From: Octopus vulgaris
Taxonomy: Eukaryota
Reading direction: 5' to 3'
DNA: 64,000 nucleotides
Assembly (NCBI GenBank): GCA_951406725.2
Contig: OX597842.1
Span: forward strand, 4,712,001-4,776,000
In this document: positions 13,440 to 26,757 of the stretch, in pieces
Position numbering within the stretch: the stretch's first letter is position 1
How the letters are laid out: each line of letters starts with the position of its first letter
Notes under the pieces: model-generated
Told to the model about the DNA's origin: nothing
What the model saw: only the letters and a program-made list of their open reading frames with translations
Databases searched by the model: none
Program-made: the position numbers and the translations under genes

Positions 13440-14340
13440 ACTAAAAGCTGGAATGGAAGGACTGATTCTCACTGCACAAGATCAATACCTGACTACAAAC
13501 AACTATAAAAGCAAAATAATGAAACCAGGCCTTCCTAACACCAAATGCAGAATGTGCAACCAGCACAATGAGACAGTTGACCACATCATCTCTGGCTGTC
13601 CAGTCCTTGCCAAATCTGAATATACATACAGACACATCCATGCCAACACTACAATATAAAAACTGACAATAAATGGTATAAACATGTGCCAAGCAAGGTA
13701 CAGGGCAATGATCAGGCCACAATCATCTGGGATATGCTGGTTCAAACTGACAAAGAAATAAAAGCTAATCACCTAGACATAATAATCAAGGATTGGAAAA
13801 AAAGACACCATCTGACCAAAATATTGTCCAAAAAGAAGTGGAGAAATTGTCAAAGTACAAAGACCTTGAAATTGAAGTTTAGAAGATGTGGAATATGAAG
13901 ATGAAAACAATACCACTGGGCATGCTAAAAAAACATAGCAAAAACCTAGAAACTATACCTGGATACTCAATGCTACACACTATCCCAAAAAATAGCCCTG
14001 CTAGGAAGAGCCCACATCCTATGCAAGACACTATCACTTCAATAATACAACTCAAACGAAACAATTCATAAACGTAAGACACATTCTATATAGCAAATAT
14101 CCAATAAAACAAACAACCACCAGCAGGTCAAATACCCAACACACAACACAAACACTAAAACAAACCAAATAAAATGATGCAATACAATAGTGGGAAGAGT
14201 TTGCACACTCCCAACAACAAAAAAGAACACACAAAGCTGCACACACCCAAGCAACATGGATGTGTAGCAGGGGGTGCAGTAGAAATTTGCCTGAAACTAC
14301 TAAATATTGAATAATAATAATAATAATAATAATAAAAAAT
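13440..14340 (+). mobile_element. R4/Dong-like retrotransposon 3' fragment with (TAA)n tail
   Basis: EGLILTAQDQYL...CRMCNQHNETVDHIISGCPVLAKSEYTYRH (CCHC), IIWDMLVQTDKEIKANHLDIII; (taa)n at about 14310-14335. Confidence 0.8.
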
Positions 14341-15639
14341 GATGGTGATGATGATTTCTTTTATTGGTCACAGGACACAACACGTAGAGGACAATTATCA
14401 AAGGACAAGTTACAACACATAAAAACAGATGAGGTGAGGCCAGCAATTTTGAGGTGAGCAATTTTGAGGCCAGCAATTTTGATACCACTGACCCTAGTAC
14501 AAGACTGGTACTTTCTTTTACTAATCCTAAAGGGGTGAAAAGTAAACTTAACTGCAGCAGGATTTGAACTCAGAAGATAAAGAGCTGGAACAGTTACTGC
14601 AAAGCCTTTTTTCTGGCACTTTAATGATTCAGCCACTTCACTGCCCTAATAATGGTTTCGAATTTTGGAACAAGGCCAGCAATTTCAAGGTGGAATTAAT
14701 TGGTTTAACTCACAAGGCTTTGGTCAACCCAAGGCTATAGTAGAAGATACTTGGCTGAGGCACTAATCAGTGGGACTGAACCCAAAACCATATGGCTGGG
14801 AAGGGAACTACTTACCACACAGCTGCATGTGTGGCTAAACAGTGTTCAAAAAATAGTTGAAATAGGAAATGACCCCATTCTGCACAAGACATTATTAATT
14901 CAATAATACAACTCAGACAGAACAATCACCACACTCTACACAAACCTTATACAATAAAGCACTGAATAGAATAACTCATGTAACATTAGTCAACAGGATC
15001 AATATAAGATCAATATCCAATAAAATAATATGGCTCACATTACACACACCACAAGACAAGAAACAAAATGGTGAAGAACAGTAACAAAAGGAGTCTGTGC
15101 CCCTCCAACCTGCATGGAAATAAGAATACACACACTGTGGTATCATAGGATTGCAGCAGGTGATGGAGTAGAAACTGAAACAAATCAAACAAATAAACCT
15201 TTGTACTATAGGCACAAGGCCTGAAATTTTGTGGGAGGTGGGGTTTAGTCAATTACACTGACCTAAGTACTTATTGTACCAACTCTGAAAGGATGAAAGG
15301 CAAAGCCGACCTCAGCAGGATTTGAACTCAGAACATGCAGACAGACAAAATGCTGTTAAGTATTTTGCCTGGCATGCTTATGATTCTGCCAGCTCACTGC
15401 TGTAGAAATAATAATAATAATATTGACCCTTTCTACTAAAGGCACAAGGCCTTAAATTTAGGGGAGTGAAAGGGGTTAGTCAATTACGTTACCCCCACCC
15501 CAGTCAACCCTGAAAAGGATGAAAGGCAAAGCTGACCTCAGCAGAATTTGAACTTAGAACATAAAGACAGACAAAACACCACTAAGCATTTTGCCTAGTG
15601 TGCTACCAATTCTGCCAGCTAGCCAAAGTAAACTTTAGA

Positions 15640-17060
15640 TCCAACTTAATATGGATACCTTGTTAAAAAACCAAATACTGCGGTATTAACCTTGCAAGAT
15701 CATCTCAATTAAGTGCTTGGTGCATAAAAGTGCACTCACAGATCATAGCAAGTGAAATTCCTCTGTGATGTGCACCAGAATTCCCACATCCCATCATTTT
15801 GTTCTATTAGAACTCATCAGTGGGAGGCACCAAGTGACTGCATCTCAGCCAAATCTCACTGCTATGATATTTCAGCATCTGAAAAGATGCTGATGTTGCA
15901 AATAGCCAGCAGGCTTATTAAAAATTAATTAGCAGGAGTGGCTGTGTGGTAAGTAGCTTGCTAACCAACCACATGGTTCCGGGTTCAGTCCCACTGCATG
16001 GCATCTTGGACAAGTGTCTTCTGCTATAGCCTCAGGCCGACCAAACGGAAACTGAAAGAAGCCTGTCGTATATATACATATATATATATATGTATGTGTG
16101 TGTATATGTTTGTGTGTCTGTGTTTGTCCCTCTAGCATTGCTTGACAACCGATGCTGGTGTGTTTACGTCCCCGTCACTTAGTGGTTCGGCAAAAGAAAC
16201 CGATAGAATAAGTACTGGGCTTACAAAGAATAAGTCCCGGGGTCGATTTGCTCGACTAAAGGCGGTGCTCCAGCATGGCCACAGTCAAATGACTGAAAAT
16301 AGTAAAAGAGTATTAATGATGGAAGCAGTATTAATACCAGAATTAATACCTTCTTATCACAGATGCCTTGTTGAAACACCAAAGGCTGCATTATTAGCCT
16401 TGATAGAGCCTCTCTATTATGCACTTGGTGCATAAAAGCACACAGTATTTGTAGGAGACAAAATTCATTTGTGATTAATGCTGGAACTCCCATATGTGAT
16501 TTCAGTCTATTGGGAACCATTAGTCACTTCATGTCAGCTAAATCTCACTGCTACAGTATATAGAATTCCTGCATCTTTTCAGAAGCTGAATTCCAGCACC
16601 CATGCCAAATTTTCTTCTGCTACATTCTATGTGTGTGCTTTTATGCAACAAACACAAATATGAAAGGATCTCTCCAGGCTAATAACACAGCATTTGGTGT
16701 TTTAACAAGGCACCCATGTTAATTTGGATATAAAGATTACCTTTTGGTGTTAATACCAATTCCATTGCTAATAATTAATCTTTAATAAGCCTGCTGGCTA
16801 TTTGCAACCTCAGCATCTGAAAAGATGCTGAAATTCTGTATATCATAGCAGTGAGATCTGACTGTCATGCAGTGACCAGTGCTTCTCAATAGAATGAAAT
16901 CATGTGATATGGGAATTCCAGTGACTATGATGGACAAATTTCATCTGCTACTATCTATGTGTGTGCTTTTATGCACCAAGTGCCTATATCAGAGGATCTC
17001 TCAAGGCTAACAACACAGTATTCAGTGTTCTAACAAGGCAGCCATGTTAAGTTGGATATA
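15640..17060. repeat. Four copies of an approximately 300-bp unknown unit arranged forward-forward-reverse-reverse
   Basis: cttggtgcataaaag...aaatctcactgcta...gcatct occurs at 15640-15930 and 16360-16590; reverse-complement copies at 16590-16750 and 16770-17060. Confidence 0.8.
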
Positions 17061-17359
17061 ATGATTACTCTTTTGTATTAACTGTTTATATCACTAATAA
17101 TAAATAATAATAAGCACTTACAGTCCTTTGGCACAGACAGACACAATTGTGTAGCCAAAGCATTACAATTTCAAAGAGGTTCTGAAGTTAGCAGGAAATG
17201 ATACCAACACAAACTTGAAGGTCTTACAGGAGCTTACTGTACAAACTGACCATGAGATTCAAGCAAGACGAACCAGATATTATCATTCTAGACAAGGTGT
17301 TAAATAGGTGCACCATGAAAGATGTGGTTATGTCTGCTGATATGAATGTAGAATACTGC

Positions 17360-17975
17360 CTACACTATTGTATGCCTGTGAGACTTGGACAATTTATGAA
17401 TGCCATGCCAAAAAGCTAAACCGCTTCCACATGAACTGATGGAGAAATCTGTTGAAAATCACCTGGCAAGACAAGGTCCTAGACTGATATATCAAACATT
17501 TACACACTGCTGAGGAGAGCACAAGTCAGGTGGGCAGGTCACCTTGTTGGATTTCCTGACACGTAACTTCACAAGAGACTGTTTTACAGTAAATTGGCAG
17601 AAGCCAAGCATACACATGGTGGGCAGGAAAAGTGTTTCAAAGATACACTCAAAGCCTCACTGAAGAGCTTTTACAGATTAACCTCAACAGCTGGGAAATG
17701 CAAAGAACAGGATGGCTCTGCCTGGTTATAGCTGCACCAACAGAAGTTCCACCTCCTACAAACAGAATCGGATCATAGGAGCACCAAGAACACATGAACT
17801 GTGCTTGTCCAGGGCCAACTCTTTGACTTCATTTCCAGCAGACCACCAGTGCCTGACCTGCGGCAGGACCTTCCGAGCATGCAGTGGACTGATTGGCCAC
17901 AGCTGGACACACCATGATCCATCTTTTCCATGTGATGTCCTGGTCATTGTCAACAACGAAGGACGAACATTATTA
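17360..17975 (+). mobile_element. RTE (BovB-like) LINE 3' fragment
   Basis: LYACETWTIYECHAKKLNRFH...LLKITWQDKV, GGQEKCFKDTLK, terminal C2H2 CLTCGRTFRACSGLIGHSWTH. Confidence 0.8.
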
Positions 17976-18597
17976 GAGGTTAAAGAACAGGTAAAAATAG
18001 GAAAATACCAAGGGAAATGCAAGGACTGAGGAGTGTTTCCGAAAAAGTTAATCTCAGTAGTTATAGGTGTCCTAAGCACCATTACAGACAGACTGCATTG
18101 GTCAGAGAGAATTTGTGGAGTCAGATTTTCTACAGCCGGATGCCCTTCCTGTCACCCAGTAAGGTAATATTACACCATCATCAGATACATTTTTACAAAA
18201 CATTGGAAATGAAGGACACCACTTACTGACAGTGACTGTCACTTCACATATCAAGACAAAAAGGCAGCAACACACACACACAGATACATATACATATATA
18301 CACAACAGGTTTCTTTCAGTTTGCATAGCATCTTGGGTAAGTGTCTTCTACCATAGCCTCAGACTTGAGGGTGGATTTGGTAGATGGAAACTGAAAGAAG
18401 CCCGTCGTGTGTGGACCTCTACCACTGTTTGACAACCAGTGTTGGTGTATTTATAAACCTGTAACTTAGCAGTTCAGCAAAGGAAACTGATGGAATAAGT
18501 ACTGGGGTCGATTCATTCAACTAAAAATTCTTCATGGCTGCAGTCTAATGACAGAAACAAGTAAAAGATAAATAAAAGCCAAGAGAATGACAGTTAC

Positions 18598-18717
18598 CTC
18601 GAAGCTTCATCTTGACTCCAGTCTGCGAGAATTCTGGATCACTGAACTCAGCTTCATCTCCTAATTTCACAGTGATGGTCACATGGTCATCTGTTTGGTT
18701 CCAGTCATACTTCAGAC
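18598..18717 (-). CDS. USP19: USP19-like exon 2, first half of CS (p23-like) domain 1
   Basis: ttctattctgcag|GT CTG AAG TAT GAC TGG...CGA G|gtaact; 120 nt, phase 1-1. Encodes LKYDWNQTDDHVTITVKL, the typical CS-domain start (YDWxQT..V.I.V.L). Confidence 0.88.
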
Positions 18718-19209
18718 CTGCAGAATAGAATGAACACTGGTTAGTATTGGATATATTGAGATTAATTAATTGCTGGTAGGGACACCATATTTCATTATGC
18801 AACCATAATATACTACCAAGTATATTAGGTTATAAGTAAATACTGTGCCTCAGTATATAATCCAACCCATGCCAACATGGAAAAAGGGATGTCAAATGAT
18901 GATAATATATATGTATGAGCAAAGTTTGATTTTTTTTACCTGTTAGCAGTGCAATTAAATCACTTTATAAGGATTTTTTTTCTACAGAAATTAGAGCCAT
19001 CACTGAAAGTCACAACATTTCATATACGAATATGTCTATGTAAAAATTTTTATCAAAGATAGAAAAATGTGTGATGGGTGTGTATGCATATTTCAAGAGT
19101 TATTGCTCCTGCTTCAACACTACATCCAATCCACTAACCACCCACAAATATATTGCTTAAGTAGCCACTAAATTTAGTGGAGTAACACTATTGGATAGAC
19201 TGATTTATA

Positions 19210-20144
19210 GGATCTTTTCACTTTGACCGGCAGATTTTTTTAATAATTTCTTTGTAACTAAACACTTTTAAATTTCGTATACTGGTAGAATGTGTTACAT
19301 AAAACATCTTTTTCTCTTGGCTTTCTTGAGAAAATTCTGTAGTTTGTAAGCTATTTGTTGTTTAATTTCTTGCATTTCGGCAATTTCGACCAATCAATGA
19401 TGTCTATTGAGGTGAATACAATTTCTCTGGATCTTTGTCAACAACAATTATTTGCAGTGTCATATGAAATTGTCCCTGTTATTTATGACATATTTCATAT
19501 CAGTTACGTTCATATGAATAAAAGATTATCGTTATTAAACTTTTATTAATAAACACATATTCTAAGTTCACAACATATGCAGTTTTAATTTCCCTCTCTG
19601 TTGCACAGATACACACATTACATATTATATATTCATTTAAGAAACAGATTGGGTTTATTTACATTTCTGAAGAAAAAAAGATACCTTCCCCCCACCCCTA
19701 ACCTTAACTCTAACCCTAACTCTAACCATAACCCTAAAACAGATTGAAATGCAATAGATCGATACTAGGGTCATAATTATGGGTGGACACTAAAGAGGGA
19801 ACGGTTTTGTTATCCAGCTCTGTTTATGAGTGACCCCTCAGTTTATGGCCACAGGGTATCTTTTTTCTCATAAATAGCAGTGACAATTTCATATGACACT
19901 GCAAATAATTGTTGTTGACAAAGATCTGGAGAAATTGTATTCACCTCAATAGACGTCATTGATTGGTTGAAATTGCCGAAATGCAAGAAATTAAACAACA
20001 AATAGCTTACAAACTACAGAATTTTCTCAAGAAAGCCAAGAGAAAAAGATGTTTTATGTAACACATTCTACCAGTATACGAAGTTTAAAAGTGTTTAGTT
20101 ACAAAGAAATTATTAAAAATCTGCCGGTCAAAGCAAAAAGATCC
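19210..20144. mobile_element. MITE with approximately 265-bp TIRs and 8-bp TSD (Merlin-like)
   Basis: 19210-19474 is the reverse complement of 19880-20144 (GGATCTTTT...AAAAAGATCC). TSD gatttata at 19202-19209 and 20145-20152. No ORF. GG termini with an 8-bp TSD fit the Merlin superfamily (superfamily call inferred). Confidence 0.85.
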
Positions 20145-21183
20145 GATTTATATATTAAACACATTCCTGGCAATGTGTATGTATATATTGTTTTACAGTC
20201 ATAATATCCTACCAAGTACATCAAAGGCTTATAAAGTCAAGACTATGACTCACCTGTGTAAGCAGTGCAAATCAAATCACTTTTTTAAAATGTTTTCTAC
20301 AGTCTTTCTATAGAAATTAGAGCCAGCACTGGAAGTCACAATGTTTCATGTACGAATACGTCTCTTTAAACAAAAACAATGTGGTTGAAAATAGCAAAAT
20401 AGGCAACAGGTGTATATGCATATTTCAGGAGTTATTACTTGTTGATCAGTACCACATCCAGCCCAATAACCATCCATGGACAGATTGCTTAAATAGCTAC
20501 TGAATACAGCAGTGTAACACACAATTGGATATACCAATTTTACATATTAAACACATTCCTGGCAACTTATGGAAGGTTGTTGAGGATACGTGTTACAGAT
20601 ATCCTCATTAGCATTTTACATTCATTTTCTATACTAACTTGAATTAGACAGGTGATTTCACCCATGTTAGTTTATTCACAGCATTGCAGACCGCCTAGAC
20701 AGGTAAAAAAAAAATCAAACTTTGCTCATACATATATATTATCATCATTTAACATCCCTTTTTCCATGTTGGCATGGGTTGGATTATATATTATACAGTG
20801 TTGGGGCCACAAAAAGCAATGTACTTAACATAACCTGTAAAATGATTTGTAGTAGGAACGGCGTCCAACCATAGAAGCCATGACTAAAACTGAAATACTG
20901 TAGGAAGATATGGTCGTCTGACCTATTCAATCACATTGAAACTTTCTACCTACATATGCCAGCATGGAATGTGGACATAAAATGGTGATGATGTATGTAT
21001 ACAATTACACACCTGCTTGTATAGGCATAACAAATGCAATATCCTGTTTGAGTTGGTCTGACAAAGGTAATGCCATAGTAATATAATAGGTCAACAATTA
21101 CAAACAAGACACAGAGATATACACACTTGGGTGTGAGGGACATGCTCACGCCACTTCTACATTGAACTACACAATCAGTCAGT

Positions 21184-21715
21184 ATGTGAGTACAATATCT
21201 TTCTGGGAAAAATATATGAATGCAATATCTTTCGGGGGGGGGTCTTTCTGGGGAGAAAATGTGAGTACAATATCTTTCTGGGGGAAGTACAAGAGTACAA
21301 TATCTTTCTGGGAAAAATATATGAATGCAATATCTTTCGGAGGGGGGGTCTTTCTGGGGAGAAAACGTGAGTACAATATCTTTCTGGGGGAAGTACAAGA
21401 TTACAATATCTTTCTGGGAAAAATATATGAATGCAATATCTTTCGGAGGGGGGGTCTTTCTGGGGAGAAAATGTGAGTACAATATCTTTCTGGGGGAAGT
21501 ACAAGATTACAATATCTTTCTGGGAAAAATATATGAATGCAATATCTTTCGGGGGGGGGGGGTCTTTCTGGGGAGAAAACGTGAGTACAATATCTTTCTG
21601 GGGGAAGTACAAGATTACAATATCTTTCTGGGAAAAATATATGAATGCAATATCTTTCGGGGTGGGGGATCTTTCTGGGGAGAAAACGTGTGTACAATAT
21701 CTTTCTGGGGGAAAT
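21184..21715. repeat. Minisatellite, about 106-109 bp unit, about 5 copies, built from caatatctttc(t)gggg subrepeats
   Basis: Unit gagtacaatatctttctgggggaagtacaagattacaatatctttctgggaaaaatatatgaatgcaatatctttcggaggggggtctttctggggagaaaacgt is repeated nearly identically. Confidence 0.92.
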
Positions 21716-22964
21716 ATGTGGGCGCAGTTATCTTATCAATCTATATACATATTTGTACACATATACGTAAACAAATGTGCACCTCAGGTAACATGGTTAA
21801 GGTATACTATAGTAAGATAAGCTAATACAGTTTGTAGGACAGGTCAGGTGGGTAAGAGAGGAGGATGAAACAATGTAACTGAATAAATTAATGGAAGAGA
21901 AGTTAAAACATTTAACATGTAACAACCCACTTTTCCCCCAATCTACCCTAAGAAACCCAACTACAACTCCTCTTCTAAACTGCATCTTTCTCTTCTTCCT
22001 CACATTTCCTCTTCATAAACTATGATTGTATTCCAATCTCCTTTCTTGCCTTGCTCACTGTATCACTGTTTCCCCCACCCCCAACACACACACTTTATTT
22101 TTCTAACCAGGTTCTACATTCATATTCTTGTTACTTGTGAGTACACCCTAGCACTACACCATCTCTCTTCAGCTCTCTCTTACACTTTTGCTGTTTCCTA
22201 CTATCTTTCTCTCTTCCCCTTGGTCTCTCTCTCTCTCCCTCCCTTTTTTTCCCCTCTGACTAGGTAACCAAGTATCTCCTTTACATCAGTACAATTGTTT
22301 CTGGCCTCTTTCTTGTACTTCTCTCTCTCTTCCTCACTGGGAAACCATGTACCTCCTCTAAAGCCAGACACCTGTTTCTGCCTTTCTATTCCTCTATTAC
22401 ACTATAACTTTCCATCATCTGATACTGGATCACCTCCTCTAATGACCCATCTGTTGTGGCAAGACACCAGCTTCTGTCTCTGTCATTTTGCCACCCTCAA
22501 ACCTCCTCAAATGCCCGTCCCTCTCCTAATTCCTCGTCTTGCAAGTTACTTGGTTACCCTTCCAGTGCTGGTGCCACATTAAAAGCATCAAGTACACACA
22601 GTAATGTAGTTGGTGTTTGGAAGGAAATCCAGCCATAAAAATCATACCAAACGAACCTCACCTGTGCTACTGCCACATAAAGAGCACTGTGTCCATGGAG
22701 CAGAGTGTGTGGTATTAGGAAGGACATCCAGCAGTAAAATCCCACGCAAAACACACACAGTAACCTTGCAAAGTTATTCTACCAATCCAGCTCCTGTCAA
22801 CTGCCCTACCCATGCATGTATGTATGGAAAAGGGACGTTAAACAATGATGATGATACATATACATGTATATATGCATACATATACATACATATATATATA
22901 AATATATATAATATACATACATACATATATGCATATATATACATGCATATATACATATAGATAC

Positions 22965-23267
22965 ATATCACGTGATCACGTGACCGACCAGACCATCAGA
23001 TGTTGCTACACATCGCTGGTCACAATGCGTTTGCATTGTTTTAGCCTTCGAACAACGCCACCCCGCTGGCTAAGCAAGCAGGCTAACAGAAGAGTGAGAG
23101 AAAGAGTGGTGAAATAGTACAGCAGGGATCACCACCCCCTACCAGAGCCTCGTGGAGCTTTTTAGGTGTTTTCACTCAATAAACACACACAACGCCCGGT
23201 CTGGGAATCGAAACCGCTATCCTACGACTGCGAGTCCGCTGCCCTAGCCACTGGGCCATTGCGCCTC

Positions 23268-23270
<3 letters not shown>
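22965..23270 (-). mobile_element. tRNA-derived SINE (third family)
   Basis: Minus-strand head gtggaggcgcaatggcccagtggctagggcagcggactcgcagtc...ggtttcgattccc; the same head occurs on the plus strand at 40473. Confidence 0.8.
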
Positions 23271-23314
<44 letters not shown>

Positions 23315-23889
23315 TTCATAAGCATTTAGATATGTAAATAAACAGATCAATATACAGACGGATAGGTATATAGACTATATGAACAGACACATATGGAGAC
23401 ACGGATCCACACACATACATACATACGCATACACACATATATACATACATACACATGCAAACACTCATACATACGTACATGCATGCATAGGCACACACAC
23501 TGACCCACACACATGCACACAAACAAACAAAAGGGAACGCAGTGTAAATAACGAACAGAGTCAAGTCTATTGAAAAGGTTGCAAGATGCAACGAAAATTT
23601 TAGAAAATAAAAATAAGAAATAAGTGGAAATTTTACCGGTGAGTGTGTTAAATAATAAGGCACTAAAAGAGAATGACTCTCCCCAGACACAACAGAATAT
23701 ACATATATATACATATACATATATATATATATACGCGCGTGCACATATATATATATATATATATATATACACGTACATACATAAATATATATACACATAT
23801 ATATACATACATTTTAATTTTCTCCGTAGTTTCAGCTCAGAGCCGCGGTCATGCTGATGCACTGCTATTTTGCTACACTGTTATTACTG

Positions 23890-26128
23890 AGAGTCTCCTC
23901 CAATATGTGGCACTTGGTGAAGAATGGAGTTTGATGTAGCTACCCTCATTTGCACTTCTTGCCGTGAAGTAGGTTTATCTAGGCCTTTCGACAGGAAGAG
24001 GCCCAGCCTTGATTTAAAAACGCCTACATCTACTTTGTGCAGGTTCCTCAGGCTCTTTAGGAGAATATGAAAAGCTGTGGGCCCCTGAAACCCAGGTTGT
24101 TGCAGTAGCTGGTCCTGAAGTGTGATGGCATTGCTGGGATCTTCGGCACTATGCAGTGTCGACCAGTTCTAGCATTGGTGTTGCTTACAATGCCAAAATT
24201 TGGCACAATTCCTTCCAGGATCTTCCAGATATATATTACTGCATACCTCTTCCGTCTTCTCTCCAGGGAGTATAGTCTTAGCTGTTTCAACCTTTCCCAG
24301 TAGCTGAGCTGTTGCAAAGAGACAATCTTCTTTGTGAATCTTCTCTGGATTGCTTCAAGGTCCGCTGATAATTTCACACTGGTGGGTGACCATAGCTGTG
24401 AGCAGTAATCCAGGCGACTGAGGACGAATGTCCGCCAGCGGACCATCATGGTTTCCTTATCTCTGGTTCTGAATGTTCTTAGGATCCATCCAGCCAGTCG
24501 TCTGCACTTTGTCGCCATCTTGGTAATGTGCACTTGGAAAGAGGTATCATTACTCATGTCAATACCCAGGTCCCTCACAGACTTAGGCTCTGGGATTGAA
24601 ATTCCCTGTGGACTGGTGTACCCTGTAAGTTTAATATTCAGTTTTGGATGCTGGTAGCACAGGGCCTGGAATTTTTCAGCATTAAACTGCCTATTATTAT
24701 CTTCACCCCATCTGTAGATTGAGTCCAACTCCTGCTGCAGGTGTGCAACATCGCTGGGGTTCTGTATTTTCTGCGAGACTTTCGTATCGTCTGCATAGCT
24801 TGCCAGAGTGGCTATCCGAGCATATCTGAGAGGCCCACTATAAAAAGCAGTCGTCCCAAAACAGTGCCCTGTGGAACACCACTCACTATTTATGTGTTCA
24901 TAGAGGTGGCTCCATTAACCAGTACTACCTGATTCCTATCTTTCAGGAAGTCATGTAACCACACTCCAAGTTTTCCAGCTATGCCGAGGTCACGTAGTTT
25001 GTGGCATATCATACCATGATCCACTTTGTCAAAAGCTTTTGCAAAATCAAGGTAGATTACGTCCACATTTGATTTGTTGAGTAACTGCCTCAACACCCAG
25101 TCATAATGTTGTAAGAGTTGGGTCAGGCAGCTCCTACCTGGTCAAAAACCATGCTGGGTATCACTCAGCAAGTTATTTTCCTCAAGGAATGCGATTAGTT
25201 TCTTTCTGACTATCCGTTCCATGACTTTGCTGATGTGTGAAGTAGGAGAGAGATAGGCCTGTAGTTTTTGGCATCTGCTCTACTTGCCCCTTTATGTATT
25301 GGGCATATTATTCCCTCCTTCAGCTTGCTTGACAGTTTGCCATTCGCAAGGAAGCTCTGGAAGAGAATCTTGAGGGGTTTTGCCAGGGCATGCATACACG
25401 CTTTGAGGAGGATTACTGGGAAACCATCAGGCCCAGCAGTTGAGTTTGTGTCCACTTCATCTATGGCTAGTAGGACATCTTCTTCGCTAATATCAATGTA
25501 TTCCATTGTAACTGCCTCGTTGGTTATGGGTGAGGCGGAAAAGAAGTCCACTGGTTCGTTCACTTGTCTATGTTCCAACGGGGTGGTAAAGACACTTTTG
25601 AACTGGTCATTCAGTATCTCACTGATCTTAGTTAGACTGTCTGTGAGGGAGCCATCCTTTTGGAGGAGGGGTCCTATCTTGTAGTGTACTGAGACTGTTT
25701 CTTTCACGTAATGAAAGAAGGCCTTTGGGTTTGATTTAATGTTTTTTATAACCCAGGCTTCTTTGTCTGCTTTCTCCCTCACATAGGATTGTTGCAGCCT
25801 TTTTTCAATCTCCATCAGTGTTGTTTTTAGGCGGGACGTTTTGCTACTTTTGGGATGTTGGTTGAGTTGATTTGCAACCTTCGTCCATCATCTCATGAGG
25901 ATCTTCCTGTCTGTTGGAATCTTGCTCCTATTTGTTTTGGCCTTGTGCTCTGGGACATATTTCTGGCATACGGCTTGCACAGAAGACATGAAACATTCTA
26001 GTTTCATGTCAATGTCTGGTGTGGAGAGATATTTCGGCCAATCCTCTCTGAGGATCTCTTTTTTGGATCGATTTCCAATCTGCTTTGTGGAAGTTCAGAT
26101 TGGAGAGGTTTCGGGTTCTTCCTTTAGG
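23890..26128 (-). mobile_element. CR1-group LINE, 5'-truncated, frameshifted ORF2
   Basis: NPKAFF, AGPDG, NYRPISL, VDVIYLDFAKAFDKVDHG, SYADDTK (about 24780-24800), RDLGI, YCSQLWSP, LYSLERRR. Confidence 0.92.
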
Positions 26129-26129
26129 C

Positions 26130-26157
26130 TGTATGTCTCTATATATGTATATATGTA

Positions 26158-26212
<55 letters not shown>

Positions 26213-26615
26213 GTATATGTATATATATATGCAAATATACATATGTATATGTATATATATATGCAAATATACATATGTATATGTATATATATATGTAAAT
26301 ATACATATGTATATGTATATATATATGTAAATATACATATGTATATATATATATATATATATGTAAATATACATATGTATATGTATATATATATATATGT
26401 AAATATACATATGTATATGTATATATATATGTAAATATACATATGTATATGTATATATATATGTAAATATACATATGTATATGTATATATATATGTAAAT
26501 ATACATATGTATATGTATATATATGTAAATATACATATGTATATATATGTAAATATACATATGTATATGTATATATATGTAAATATACATATGTATATAT
26601 ATATGTATGTATATA
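26130..26615. repeat. (TA)-rich compound microsatellite with about 28-bp higher-order unit gtaaatatacatatgtatatgtatatatatat
   Basis: Direct reading. Confidence 0.9.
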
Positions 26616-26722
26616 AAGTTAATCCAAACAAGAAAACACAGAAAAAAAGAGAAAAAAACACAGCAACGCAGTACGTGGAACAATTAAAGTATTATTGACG
26701 CTCAGGAAAGAAGGGAAGGAGG

Positions 26723-26757
26723 GTTTAACGTTTCGAGCGGAGCTCTTCGTCGGAAAC
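26723..26757 (-). ncRNA. Minimal type-I hammerhead ribozyme-like motif (Penelope-type)
   Basis: Minus strand GTTT-CCGACGA-A-GAGC-TCC-GCTC-GAA-ACGT-T-AAAC: stem I GTTT/AAAC, core C(C)GACGA...GAAA, stem II GAGC/GCTC, palindromic ACGU in place of stem III. Confidence 0.6.

Noticed and set aside
20946-21825. Overlapping repetitive ORFs on both strands
   Set aside because: Products of the 106-bp minisatellite.
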